From an uncultured virus (IMG/VR IMGVR_UViG_3300037047_000119) (lineage: Duplodnaviria > Heunggongvirae > Uroviricota > Caudoviricetes), in IMG/VR virus record IMGVR_UViG_3300037047_000119: a stretch of DNA of 64,000 bases. One strand, written 5' to 3'. Position numbers and translations under genes: made by a program. Positions 9,093-21,100 of this stretch are shown piece by piece. Below the pieces are notes generated by a model, which saw only the letters and a list, made by a program, of their open reading frames with translations, did no database searches and was not told the DNA's origin. Numbering within the stretch: the first letter of the stretch is position 1; each line of letters opens with the position of its first letter.

Positions 9093-11924
9093 TTAGAGAA
9101 CATCTGGGATCGGATCAGACGGTGGAATCTCAGGGATCCCGTCGATTCCATCCACCGTGGCTGGATCTGGTGCCATGAACGTGTTCGGTTTCGGGTCCTC
9201 ATCCACATACTTCATGATAGCCAGAATCAAGTCCAAGAACAGGAAACTCGGGAGCAGAGGAATCAGCATCGCGACCCCTCCCCCGTAAGCAAGAGGAGAG
9301 TCCGCGGGTTTGTTGTCGGCGGAGACCAGATCCGCGAGAACTCCGCCGGTACCCTGAGACAGCATCAAAATGGCAGAACACTTGGGGATCTGGAAAGCAA
9401 ACCCCAAAATGGATTGCAGCACCGAGTTGATTCGGCGGATGAGTTGCTGCACCTCCACGATACGCGCTTCCATGAACTCAATATACTTTCGGATTGTGTC
9501 TACAATAGATTCCATGGAACTCTGGAGAGACTCGGCCCAGTTGGCAACCATCGCCAACGTGTCCTCCAAACCAGGGAACGAATCGAACCACCGAAAATAC
9601 AACCACTCCCCGTCCTTGGGGCTACGCCTGATGGCGGCACCTGCCGTTCTGAGCGCGATAGAGGCTTCCCGGAAAAGACGACCGTTCTGCAACTGGGCAA
9701 ACAGTCCCCGACAGTAGTACAGTTTCGTCGGATCCCCGAACTGAGTCCCGAAATAGAAAACGGGGGAGAGATCCGCAGATCCCACCATCCGACCCTGCTC
9801 CGCGGCAGCTTCCAACACTGGGCGGTAGGTCTCCGGTACCTCAAGGGCACCCTCCGCCGTCCGGCACTTCATGTAGAACTTGCGCAGTCCCGGCGGGCAA
9901 GAGACAAGGAAAGCGGATGCCTCCTCTGCCGTCACCGAGAACGTCAGGTGAGAACTCCAACGAGTGTCGGATCGATCCAGCATCCCCTCCTGCATGTGGG
10001 GACTTCGATCCTGCGTCCGATCCACATCCTGCATCAGATTTCGGCCAACATCCTCGTTCCCCGCCGCGCACAAAGGATTACGGGCAAGCCCCCGGAGCAT
10101 GGTTTTGTCGGACAGCGATTCGAGCAGCTTCTTTTTCAACAGGTCTTGCGATGTCAATGCCGCCGCCTGCGGATGCACCTCCCCCAAAATGTCTAACCAT
10201 GTAACGGAGCGGAGAAAACTTGTCTGCTGTACTACGAACTGCTCAACCTCTGGCATCGGACCTGTTTTGCTGTAGATGTCGTGGGCTGCTAACTCTATCC
10301 GTTTCAACAGATCCCTTCGGAAAGTAAGCGGCGATGACTCGAACTCCTTCATCGCGGCACTGTATCCAGAGCGTGTGTTGTAAACGATATCAGTCAGATG
10401 CTGCACCCCCTCCAACCCACAGGCTTGGAGAGCCACTCCATCTACGATCAAAGTGTTGTTTCGGATCTGCTCCAGCGCCTGAGACGAAACCGTCCCCTCC
10501 AACAGATCAACTGGTTTCAGATCCGGTCGGCTCAGCACCAGTACAAGAAGGGCTGTCTTGAGAGCCTCCAGGTATTTTTCAGTGTTCGCATTGGCAAACA
10601 CCACCTGTCGTGCTTGCGAGAAATCTCCGATGTCCGTAGGGGAGGAACTCGCCCCAACCTCCAAAGGAGGTCCCGTCATCGCCTTGAACTCAGGTCGGAA
10701 CTGGTATCTGAACTCCCCCGCTTTCGAGACAGAACGGGAACAGGTGGCAACGCGCACGTAAATCGTGGAAGCTGGACCGTCATCTACGATCCGAAGCGTG
10801 CCATCATCGTTTGTCTCAACATGTGCAGCATGGGGCATCGTTACTCCATCCAGCAGGATCGAGTAGTCCCCCGTCATCCAAGCGAAACCTGTGGAAACGG
10901 GAGACACATAGAACGTCCGCTGGAAAAAGTACGTACCTCCATCTGAGAGAAGATCGATCGGTACGGGCTGCTTGGACTGGCCGAGTGTCCCATACACTCG
11001 GGTAGCACCGTCTTTGATCGCCCCGTCAGACACTCCCCCGTTGTACGTCATCTCGGGAGGGATCGTGTCCAACATCTCAGCCCCTCCGTACAGCACGAAG
11101 GGCTGACCGCTGCTCAAGCGAACCTGTCCGTACTCACGAGGCTGTGCTTTAGCCGTTTGTCCCGGAACATCCTGTTTTGTCTGACTCCCCTGGGGTCTGT
11201 CGTAAACGATAGGAATCCCCTCCGGCAACGTGGAGACGGTCACAACAAACCCGCCTGGGGGGAGGGAGAGATTCGGCATGAACGGCTGATCTCTCATCCC
11301 CGGATCGATCTGCCATTTCACCAGTGCCAGGGGAGGCGGGGTATGCTCCAGCGTGAAAAACTTTCCGAGATCTCCAAACTGGATTGTGTCTGAAGCCGAA
11401 CTGCCATACAGCACTTGAGTGATAACAGGAGTGGGGAGACCACTCGCCAAGCTGGGCACCTGTTTGAAATACGCGAGCAACTGGAGGACCGTCTGCACTA
11501 GTCGGAACCAGTCACTCAGATCTACAGAGGTATAGAAAAAGAGACTGAGCACTGAGGTCGAGGGAGACACGTCGGGGCGTGTCGGATCTGTTCGATCCGT
11601 CAAACGAGCGATCATTCGCCGCTCGTACTCCTGAAAACCCCCCTGTAGTTCTTTCGGATCCGAAAGCAGTTTCCAGTCCCCCGTCATGTAGACACCCAGT
11701 TGGCGGATGTCTCGAAGCATATTGTTCAGTTCATCGACGAGGGCCTGAACGATTGCCGCGATCGGGTCCAAAAACCCAACCAGGAATGTCTTCACGAAGT
11801 TCAAAGCGAGCAGTGCGATGTCCAGAACTGTCACGAGGAACTCGGCGATGCTGTTGATTGCGTCCCGAGTGTCCTCTAGAAAATCTGGCACATCAAAAGT
11901 GAGGGTTCCCCATGAGTTTGGCAT
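9093..11924 (-). CDS. Hypothetical 943-aa protein, probably virion structural
   Basis: Long ORF in the baseplate operon with amphipathic helical N- and C-termini; no family recognised. Confidence 0.7.
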   Translation of the reverse strand: MPNSWGTLTFDVPDFLEDTRDAINSIAEFLVTVLDIALLALNFVKTFLVGFLDPIAAIVQALVDELNNMLRDIRQLGVYMTGDWKLLSDPKELQGGFQEYERRMIARLTDRTDPTRPDVSPSTSVLSLFFYTSVDLSDWFRLVQTVLQLLAYFKQVPSLASGLPTPVITQVLYGSSASDTIQFGDLGKFFTLEHTPPPLALVKWQIDPGMRDQPFMPNLSLPPGGFVVTVSTLPEGIPIVYDRPQGSQTKQDVPGQTAKAQPREYGQVRLSSGQPFVLYGGAEMLDTIPPEMTYNGGVSDGAIKDGATRVYGTLGQSKQPVPIDLLSDGGTYFFQRTFYVSPVSTGFAWMTGDYSILLDGVTMPHAAHVETNDDGTLRIVDDGPASTIYVRVATCSRSVSKAGEFRYQFRPEFKAMTGPPLEVGASSSPTDIGDFSQARQVVFANANTEKYLEALKTALLVLVLSRPDLKPVDLLEGTVSSQALEQIRNNTLIVDGVALQACGLEGVQHLTDIVYNTRSGYSAAMKEFESSPLTFRRDLLKRIELAAHDIYSKTGPMPEVEQFVVQQTSFLRSVTWLDILGEVHPQAAALTSQDLLKKKLLESLSDKTMLRGLARNPLCAAGNEDVGRNLMQDVDRTQDRSPHMQEGMLDRSDTRWSSHLTFSVTAEEASAFLVSCPPGLRKFYMKCRTAEGALEVPETYRPVLEAAAEQGRMVGSADLSPVFYFGTQFGDPTKLYYCRGLFAQLQNGRLFREASIALRTAGAAIRRSPKDGEWLYFRWFDSFPGLEDTLAMVANWAESLQSSMESIVDTIRKYIEFMEARIVEVQQLIRRINSVLQSILGFAFQIPKCSAILMLSQGTGGVLADLVSADNKPADSPLAYGGGVAMLIPLLPSFLFLDLILAIMKYVDEDPKPNTFMAPDPATVDGIDGIPEIPPSDPIPDVL

Positions 11925-12163
11925 TACGATCCCCCACCATGCTTCAGTCTATGAAGCTGTTCTCGCAAGCTCGCAATTTGTGCCTGATCTTGAGCGAGCA
12001 TCTTCTCTAAAAAATCCCTGAGTTGAGTGAGTACCGTGACGGATCTGCCAACGACATCAGGCTGAACGCTTCGGGATTCAACCTCCCGCCACTGATCCGG
12101 TTGAACCCCCAGATCCTGAAGCCGCTTCAGGAGATCGTCTACACTCTCCGGTTTACCACTCAT
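11924..12163 (-). CDS. Small coiled-coil hypothetical protein
   Basis: 79 aa; start and stop overlap both neighbouring genes, consistent with translational coupling. Confidence 0.7.
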   Translation of the reverse strand: MSGKPESVDDLLKRLQDLGVQPDQWREVESRSVQPDVVGRSVTVLTQLRDFLEKMLAQDQAQIASLREQLHRLKHGGGS

Positions 12164-15100
12164 GTTTTCTCCAGGGTTGTATTCAGAAGCAGATACTCCA
12201 TCTGTTCTTGCATACGAGCGGGCAGTTCCTCATCAAATCTCTGGATGGAGGCCAGTGTCCCCAGCAGTGTGTGTGTTCGATAGGCCAACCACACATATCT
12301 GAAGGATCTCAGCTTCTCCGTGACGTCCAAAACCTCATCGATAAGGTCCGGGAGCACCGGCCTTACGAGGCTACCAGATAGGGTAGTGAACTCGGTGTAC
12401 GGAGTGTCACCCGGGCCGGAACGTCTCATTCCGACTCCGCTGCTGGAGTCATAAGTCAGTGAGTCCAACTGTTCATCCAGGATCCAAAAACGACGATCCA
12501 ACAGGGATAGACATGCCGCGTTGTTGGCATACGGCATGACATCGACACGTCCCACAAACCCCATGAGGTAAGCATTCGACGCCACCCCTAGTCCCAGGAT
12601 GGGGTTCGTGGGACTCCCTACGTCGTACAGATGAGCGAACCGTTGGAACGTGAAATAGGACCCCCCTTTCGTCCCGCCGACCATTCGCAACGTCTCAATC
12701 AGAGAGAGAGTCCGCTCGCGATTCATCAGTACCAAGTCAATGGTCTCGGGCTCGAAAACTGATGTCGGCCGGATGACCTGATAGGAGAAAGGTCGGATCG
12801 AATGTTTGTTCAGCCCGTCGTCGTAACTTTTGAAAGATCCAGTTACCGGGTTGCGTGCCCGTGTCGGGCGCAGAGCCATCTGGGACTCGGTCTGGTCACC
12901 GGACAATGACGAGTCGTTCACCGTGGGGTATACGACGTATGCCCTCGTGTTATCGGAGGCATCAAAAATAACCGGATCGACGGCAGTTCCGGCGAAACTG
13001 TTGACCGGGTTCACTAACAGATAGGGGGGGTTCTCCGTGTCAACCACTTTCAGCACCCGGTAAAAACCTCGGTTGTCATCCAAGGGACTGGGGCGACCCG
13101 CCGTATACACAGGGGCCGCTGCATGGTCCACCCGTCCGGGAACGGATTCATCCCCAAAAGGACCGGAACTCGCTTCTTGGGCAGCGGGAGTCCCTCCACT
13201 GCCTCTCGGAATTGCACCCAAAGGATCGATGACAACAATATCGCCCTTGCGGACTCCCAATGCAGCAAATGTCTGCCCTGACCCCGGTGCTCTGAGATCA
13301 TCGTAGAGCCGGTTCACGGCGTCTCCGTAGGTCACAACCCCGGTAACCTGAGGGACATACCCCCCCAACTCACTCGCCTGCCCCCAGGCTGCACTCGTTC
13401 TGTACACACTCCGATCTGTGATGAGTTCCAACAACTGTTCATTGGACTGCTCGTGGGGGACAGGTGCCCGACGCAACCAGATCTCGAACCGAGTCGTCCC
13501 GTTAGCAACACTGTATTTCCGGATTCCCGGAGCGGCCAGTAGAAGTGACCCTTGCGAAAGTACTGTCTGAATCTCTATCTGTTCAACGCACATTCCGTCT
13601 TTGTCGAGCAATCGGAACAGGTCTCCTGGATGGATGTTGACATCCCCCGAAAGGAAACCCCCCAGATTTGTGCCGGAATACGTCCCCCCGTCGTTCCAAA
13701 CGTCCGGAGCTTTCGGCGCACCCGCGGGTTTGATGGTCTCCCAATTCATGGTGAAACGGGTGGCAAACACCATCGTGGTTTGTTTGACCTGCTGGGTAAT
13801 CCCTGTGATCAAACCACGCCGGATCTCGTAGGTAAACCGCAGGGGTTGCAAATTTACCAGAGACGCCCCAACATCATGAAAACGTCGGATCCTCCGGATG
13901 GCAAACGTAACCTCTTCTCCAATTTCAGGTGCCGCTCCTGACGTGTAGTACTCGTCCCCGTTACGCATCCCGATCTCGCGGTCATAGTCCGCGAGCAAGG
14001 TTGGATCCGGCAGACTGTGTTCCAAATCTACAACGCGAACGTGGCTCAAACTGGGCACCAGACCCACACCGGATCTCGGAACCGACGGCTGCAAAAACAC
14101 ACCGGCCTGAGCCCGGAAACCGGGCTGCAACACCCCACCACCATCCGGCCCCCGCAGGTCAAACCGAGTACCAGGAAGGATACAGTCGATTAATCCGGCT
14201 CCCACCCCAGCCGAACCCGTGGGGGAGTTCATCTTGCTCCAATTCGGGTTGGAGATCTGACGGAGATCCAGTGTGTGCGTAACCCAGTGGTAAATCTCCT
14301 CCGCCTCTGCGCTGTAAAACTCATGACTCGGAGGAGGATTCAAAGTCACCAAAGGAATGACGTTGTTGGCAGCGGCTACTTTACTCAGGGTGCCATCGGA
14401 GGCACCCGCCGCGGCAGCCGCTTTGAAAACCAAAGGCTGTGCATTTTGCACCGGGGACATGAACAAGCGTAGCTCAAGGGGCGGGGTGAGGGTCAGTCTC
14501 CTGAACCCGTATACGGAACTCCCACCCGCGTCGTATCCCACCACGTTGTTCGTCGGAAGCCCATACGAGGACCCACCCACTCTGACGGGCAGGAACTTCA
14601 TACCGGAAACCAACTGCCCCTCGTGCACCAGACTGGCAAAAGCGGCGGAGCCCAGCAGATTCCCCGCGGCATCCCTGAAAGTTCCCGGGGTCAGAGTAAA
14701 CACACCTGTCCCACTGGACTCCGTCACGCCAGAGTACTCAGCACTGATGACTGCCTGACTAAACTTGCCCGCGTCTGTGGATGCGAGATCCGCGAGATTC
14801 CGGATCACATAGATCCGAGCGGGCGCCGCTGGGAAACCAGAATTTACGGAGCCCACAAGTGGGCCACCCTTGGCAGGTGCCAGATCAGAGATCTGAAGCT
14901 GGAAACTCGGTCCCGGAGCATAGGCCAGAACGGCGGGGAACTGAATGGGTAGGAACCCATCTTCAACCCCCGCCGTGGCCGTCGGTGCAACCTCTCGGTA
15001 ACTCGTAGCTCCGGTCGGTTCTACCGCGTGCCTTACCAGATAGGTGCCGACGTGAACGGAACCCGGATGCGACGGATTGCTGGAACCCGTGATGACTGCT

Positions 15101-18100
15101 ACGTCCCCGCTCTGGATCTGTCCCAGGGATCCAGCACTGAGAGTCACATCTGTAATCCGATGCTCCAGTCTCTCTGCATCCGCGGAGATGAGGAACGAAG
15201 TATTGTATCTGCTTCCCGTGACACCGACCCCAAGACAAATCGGTGTTGTACTGCCCTCGGGGTAGTCACAACTCGGGAGGGTTGAAAAAACGACATCGGA
15301 AGCTGTGATCGGGTCGTTGTCCCAACCCTCGAAGGCCATGACCTTCAAGGAACCCCTTTCCGTCGCCGGTCCCACCCTCGGAGTCCAGTCGCCTACCGCA
15401 GTGCCCCCACCCCGGGGCAGGAAAGTGAATGGGTTTGGTGTTAACCCTGTTAGCCCATTCGAGAAAGTGTTTACAGTCGACACGTAGTGTGAAGCTGTGG
15501 TACGGCCTACGGGCACTCCAGTAACCATGAGTTTGGTTTCCAAAGAGAGAGCAGGATTCAAAGAGTGAGTTGCACCTCGTTCCCCGGCGAAACTGAGGTC
15601 GTACACGTCATGGAAAGTCAGCCGGTCGTCCTCAATCCACGCCGTGTCCGAGAGGAAGGAACTGGCGTCGATGTCAAAAACATACTCGAATCCGTATAGC
15701 ATCGTGTTGGGACCCGCCGTGTACGGCAGGAACCATTTGTTGGTAGCCCAGCCAGGAGGCAAAATCATAGGTGCCCAGGGGATAACACCCAGGATGGGGA
15801 TGTGGATTTGCCGAGCCTGCACCACGGGAACGATCCCCGTGTGGGTACCAAAAAGAGTCGGGGTCGGAGGATTCAGGACGACCGGCGCCGGAGCATTGGG
15901 GTCGTCCTGATACGTCCACACATGTACCTGACCACCGACAAAACGGAGACGCAGCGCCTCCACCCCACCTGTGGCATTGGGCAGCGGATTGACTCCTGGA
16001 GGGCCGAACTGCACAACCGAGTCCGGACGAGCAATCATCCGCAGCGTGATCGAGGCGCCTGAAGCTAGTACGTCGTTCAGGTTGCCGAGGGCATCAGTCT
16101 CCCCGTTGTTCAGTGCAATCGTAGTAGATCCGAAGTCGAGTACCGTGATGCCTCCGGCCTCGAACGCCTGCACGCCCGGGGGTGGAATGGCTTCGCTCTG
16201 GGGATCCGCCGGGTACGGACCCTGCACAAAAACCATTGCATTGTCGAGTACATAGTTAACACCGTCCCCCGTGCTTGTGGCACCAGGAGAGGGCGCAGCC
16301 GTGTGGGTCACGAACCGGGGAGGCTCAAGGATAGAACCGCCTACTCCCGCGACTACAGACCCCACACTGAAAACACCGTGTGGACCTAGCGTAGCTCCAC
16401 CGGAGGCAGTGAACTTCGATGGCTCTGCCAACCCTGGGGACTGCACCAGCACAAAGTCGAAAGGTCGAACAAACCCTTCCCCCGGGGTAGTGCTGCCCGG
16501 AGGGGCAGGCGCCAGATTGCTTGCCGTAACGAGGGCCGCAGGATCCGACCCGCCGGAGGCAACGGCCCCGTCCAGTGCTACGATCTCTTCCGGGTACACG
16601 GCGAAAGTGGGCGGAACATTCCCTGTTCGAGCGGAGACCGCTTGCGCCGTCGTAATCGAAATCTCTCCGAACTGCTCGATCTCGGTATTTCCCGTTTTGA
16701 GATACGGGATGGAGTAATCCCCGGAGTCATCCGTCCAGGCACCCGTCAGAGCCGGGATCACAAGGGGGTTCTGAGAGTCATAAACAAACTCGACAGGCCC
16801 CTCGACTGCGGACATCGGATCCGGTGGATTCTGGCCGAACAACTCTTTCAGGGCATAGAACACGGGGTCGTTTTTCGACGGGAGGGTCCGATCCAGTACT
16901 CGGCCATCCGTTTTGATGTCGAGATCAAACCCGTTCCTGTAAGCCTCGATCCGCGCCGCCATATCAGAGAAGGTCTGGAAAGTCGGATTGTCGGAAAGCG
17001 ACGGGGCCGGAACGATCTCGGTTCCCGTGGGAGAGATGGCAAGAACTGAATCCCCCCGTCCCAACCCTGCCTCATGGGCGGGGGTCTCTACCACAAGCAG
17101 ATCCTCGGGGGCGGAGATTGCTACCCCCGAAGAGTCCTGGAGCCGAAGAACACATCCGTAAAGGATGTCTCGGATGAACACGCTCTTGTTAGTCGTGGTC
17201 CCCCAAAGGGTTGCCGTGGTCGGAGTTGCGGCGCCCAGAATCCGCCCGTCCGGTTTGCCCCAACTGATCTGATCCCCCGTCTGGAGTCCGGGAACCGCGA
17301 GTTCAGGATCTCCTGTAACTGCATCCGGTACGGTCCCCGTCGCAGACTGGGAAAGGAACAGGGAGTCATCGGGGTACCCAGTCTCAGGATTGATGGGTAC
17401 CTCCCGCAGCAGGAGGGGACTCGCGATCAAACACGGCTCCGTGATTGCCACAGAGGTACCGGCACTGAAAACCCCCGCGGGGATCCCGTTCGGGAAATAC
17501 CCCCAGACCCGTGCCCGTGCCCGTCGAAGTCCCAACGTGGCCGTAGAGATCTGTGTCAGATCTCCATGAACAGGATTTCCGACCTGTCCAATCTGCATCC
17601 CTGTTGTGCGCGCCCACTCCCCATTGATTTCGCGTCCGGCGGTGTACACACCCGGGTTGAAAGCCGTTCCCTCTCCCGGCTGTGCCCCGGCACCAGGGAA
17701 CATCCGGAAAAAGGCTTTCGTTCGCGTGGGGAACAGTCTGGAGAACTGGTGGCTAGCCACCATGCGTCCGTAGACGCCTTTTGCCTTGAACCGGAAATAT
17801 GGAGCGGTAGAGGACCGATCAACCTGCACTTTCCCCAACTGGAGCATGACAAGGTCGTCAACGTCATTTCGCACGTACTCACCCTGTCGAGCCAGCATCT
17901 CAGCTAGCTTGTCAGGGCTCAGGAAAGTTCCATCGATCTCGGAGGCAACCAGTTCAATCGAGTCGGGGACAACCACCCAGTCACTCGGACCCGTGAACAC
18001 GGGCAGATCCGCCGCGCGATCTGCATTCACCACATCAGTCCAAATGGACCGGGGCTGCAACACACCAGTGATGTTGTCCTCGTACCCTGGGGTGGGATAA

Positions 18101-21100
18101 TCTCTCCCGTGTCCAATCCAGAAACGGAACTTCCCATTCCGATCTCCAATGAAACCACCAGAGATCGTCTCTTGCACTTGCTCAAACGTCACGACCGCGT
18201 TGTTGTAAAACTCCAGGAACAGGCGCGCTGCTCGGTCAACGTCCAGCAGATTCTTGCGCTCTGCCCGCAGTCCTACCCTTCCCTGATCCCAGTTGTCCGT
18301 CCCGCCCGCGGGGAGTTTGAAAGCTCCTCCGGCCGGTTGTTTTGCCGTAATCTCCTGGATGGCGTCCTGTGCTACCTCACCCATGTACTGGGAAACCCGG
18401 ACGGCCCGGAAATAGAAACTGTCTGGACTGGAGAAGGTGTAACTAGCGGTGACTCGTGCCCCCAGCAGTCCATTTTCGGAACTCGGAGAGACCACGTGCA
18501 GAAAGTCCGCTGTATAGCGGGGTAGCTGGAGTACCTGATCCTGCATCGTGGGCTGGAGAGCCCGCAACCGGGTGAAACTCAGAAACAGTTTCTGCGAAGG
18601 ACCCAGTGCTTTCTGAACGGGCGCGAGTAGCTCCACCGCACCAGAGTACGGACTGACCCGAAACTCCACGTCTGGGATCAAAGATCGCCCCGGCAATTCT
18701 GTGCCCTCGGGGCTCTCCTCCCCAAAGAGGACCAGTTCCAAAGACTCAGCATCATAAACCGGCCCCACCCCGATAAACTCCCGGGTCTCGGGAGGGTACA
18801 CGGGACGATAGGACAGCTTGATGGTGGGGTTCTCCGTCACGGAAACCCCACGGATGAACCCTCCCGTGACAGTGATATTGGTGCGGGATCCGTCGGGCGT
18901 CAGTTCAGAGCTTGCAATGGTATAGGGGCAACCGCCCAACTCTAGGATATGCCCAGCGACAGCAAACGACGTCAGGTCACCTCGGAAAATGATCGTCTTT
19001 TGTCCCCGGACTACCGGCTCGAACGGAAAGTCCGAGACCTCAACGGGGGACATAAATCCAGCAGGAGCAGACGTTACAACGGGAGATGCCCCGTCCGGAT
19101 CCACAATCGTAGTGATTGGGCCCGACGTGATCAGAGCCAGGATATCATTGCCGGGAGCACGACTTCCAACCTCGGTGACCGTAGGGGGATAGATCCCAAC
19201 CGCAGTCACATCCCCTTTCCCGTCCGCCGTTGGTGGATAGTACAGGAGACTTTTGATGTAAAAACAGTCCTCCCCCAGCCTCAGCATCTGACCGGGCTGA
19301 AACTCGGAGACGCGATTGCCTCGAAGCCCAAACTGACTCTGATTAGCTTTGATGTAAAACGGCGGTCGATACACATTCTTCTGGCTGGTTTCAAATGCCC
19401 GCTCACCACCTTGTGCCTCGAACACGGCATAGGTGACCGTAACGACCGCTGTCTCTTCTACCTGTTTCCCGGTAAACAGAATGCGCCCCGCGCCATTCCA
19501 GTCTGCGGGGTAGTCGATCACACAGTCGACCCGACCGAAATTCTGCATCATGGCGCCAATCCAAATGGATGGCTCGATGCGCTGATCCACCGTATACCCA
19601 GCGTCATTGAAACGGTACAGGTTCGGACCAATTCTGATGGTCGGGGCTTTCCGCACGAACACGGGAAGGAATTCGGTAATCGGGTCTCCGATCTTCCGAC
19701 CCTCCAAGTCAGCACGCCAGTATGATGCCTCTACCAGGGACCCAACAGGAACTGGAACATTCGGAGAGAATGATCCCGCCATTGGGTTAATAGAAACGTC
19801 CCTGCGATTTTCCGTAACCAGTTTCTCAGCCACGTAGAGAGGCTGGTTGGCATACTGAGTAATGTCTCCAGCAGAAAGCCCAATGTGCCCCGTGCTAGGG
19901 TCGATCTCGGCCGTTCCGATGGTTAGTGATGAGGGGTACAACAGCAATTCGGCGTAGTAAACCTCTGACCCCGACATGGAACTAAGGACAGCACTTCCAA
20001 ACTGAAGTCGTCCTCTCGGGATCCGCACACCATTGATAACAGCATCCTGCGTGAGATACTCGATTCTGTCAGCGTCATAGGTAAATGTGGTCACGCCGTA
20101 CAAACTCGAGTCGTGGTAATAACCACGCTGTCCCACTTGGATGTAGAAACGCACCGCCGTGACATGCACTTCGTCCATGTCCGGGATGTTCAGAGATCCA
20201 TTGGCCAGAATCCCCAGATGCTTTTTCCCCAGCAACCGAGGAGTAGCCTCGTGAGCTGCTGTGGGAGAGGTTCCGAATCGCAACAGGATCTCGCGATCTC
20301 GCTGAAGGGCCTCTGAAACATCTGCCCTCGGGACATCGAGGAGGGATGCAGCCACACTCGCAGGAACGCTGCCAGCCCTACTGAGTACCCGAATCTGAAA
20401 TGGCTCTGTGGGAAGATGATTGAACTCCTTGTAGCTCATGTCCGCCACAAGGGACGGGTCATAAACGCTACCCTCGTATCCCGAATAAATCTCCCATGTG
20501 AGCGGAGATGCATTCGTCTCCGGAAAAGCTGGATCTACCGACACGGCGGTTTCAAAAAAAACATTCCGAATGACGTAAGAACCAGCGTTCCCCCCGGACA
20601 TGATTTTCAATCGATATCCAGGATGAACATTCCGGGACACAAACAGAGCGGACGGATCCGCAAAAACGTGGGAGCCGATATCACAGGTGCCCTTCGCACC
20701 AGATGTGACGCGGCGCCCGAAACGAGCGATCAGGGTCGCCGTTCCTGAGGCACCGCCCTGAGCCAGCACAAAGTCGCTGTCGGGATCCTGGGGTACGTAA
20801 AAGCCACCCTCCTCGGACACCATCAGTCCGGATGAGATGGAGGGCACATTGAGAAACGACTCCGGGACAAGGTTCGCCACCCCAAAGGTTAGAGTCGTAG
20901 TCTGACGATCTACGGCTCCGATCACGGTGTCTCGCTGTGCCCACTCAAACTTGCGTTGCCCGAAACGATGGATGATGTCCTCGTAGTGTCGAAGCGGGCG
21001 CTGGAAAGTAAAAGAACTCTCACCATCGGAGAAAGTAGTTGTCAGTGCGAAAAAAACCCCCTCGTCGATTCCTGACACGTCCTGAAGGGGGACGTTATCC

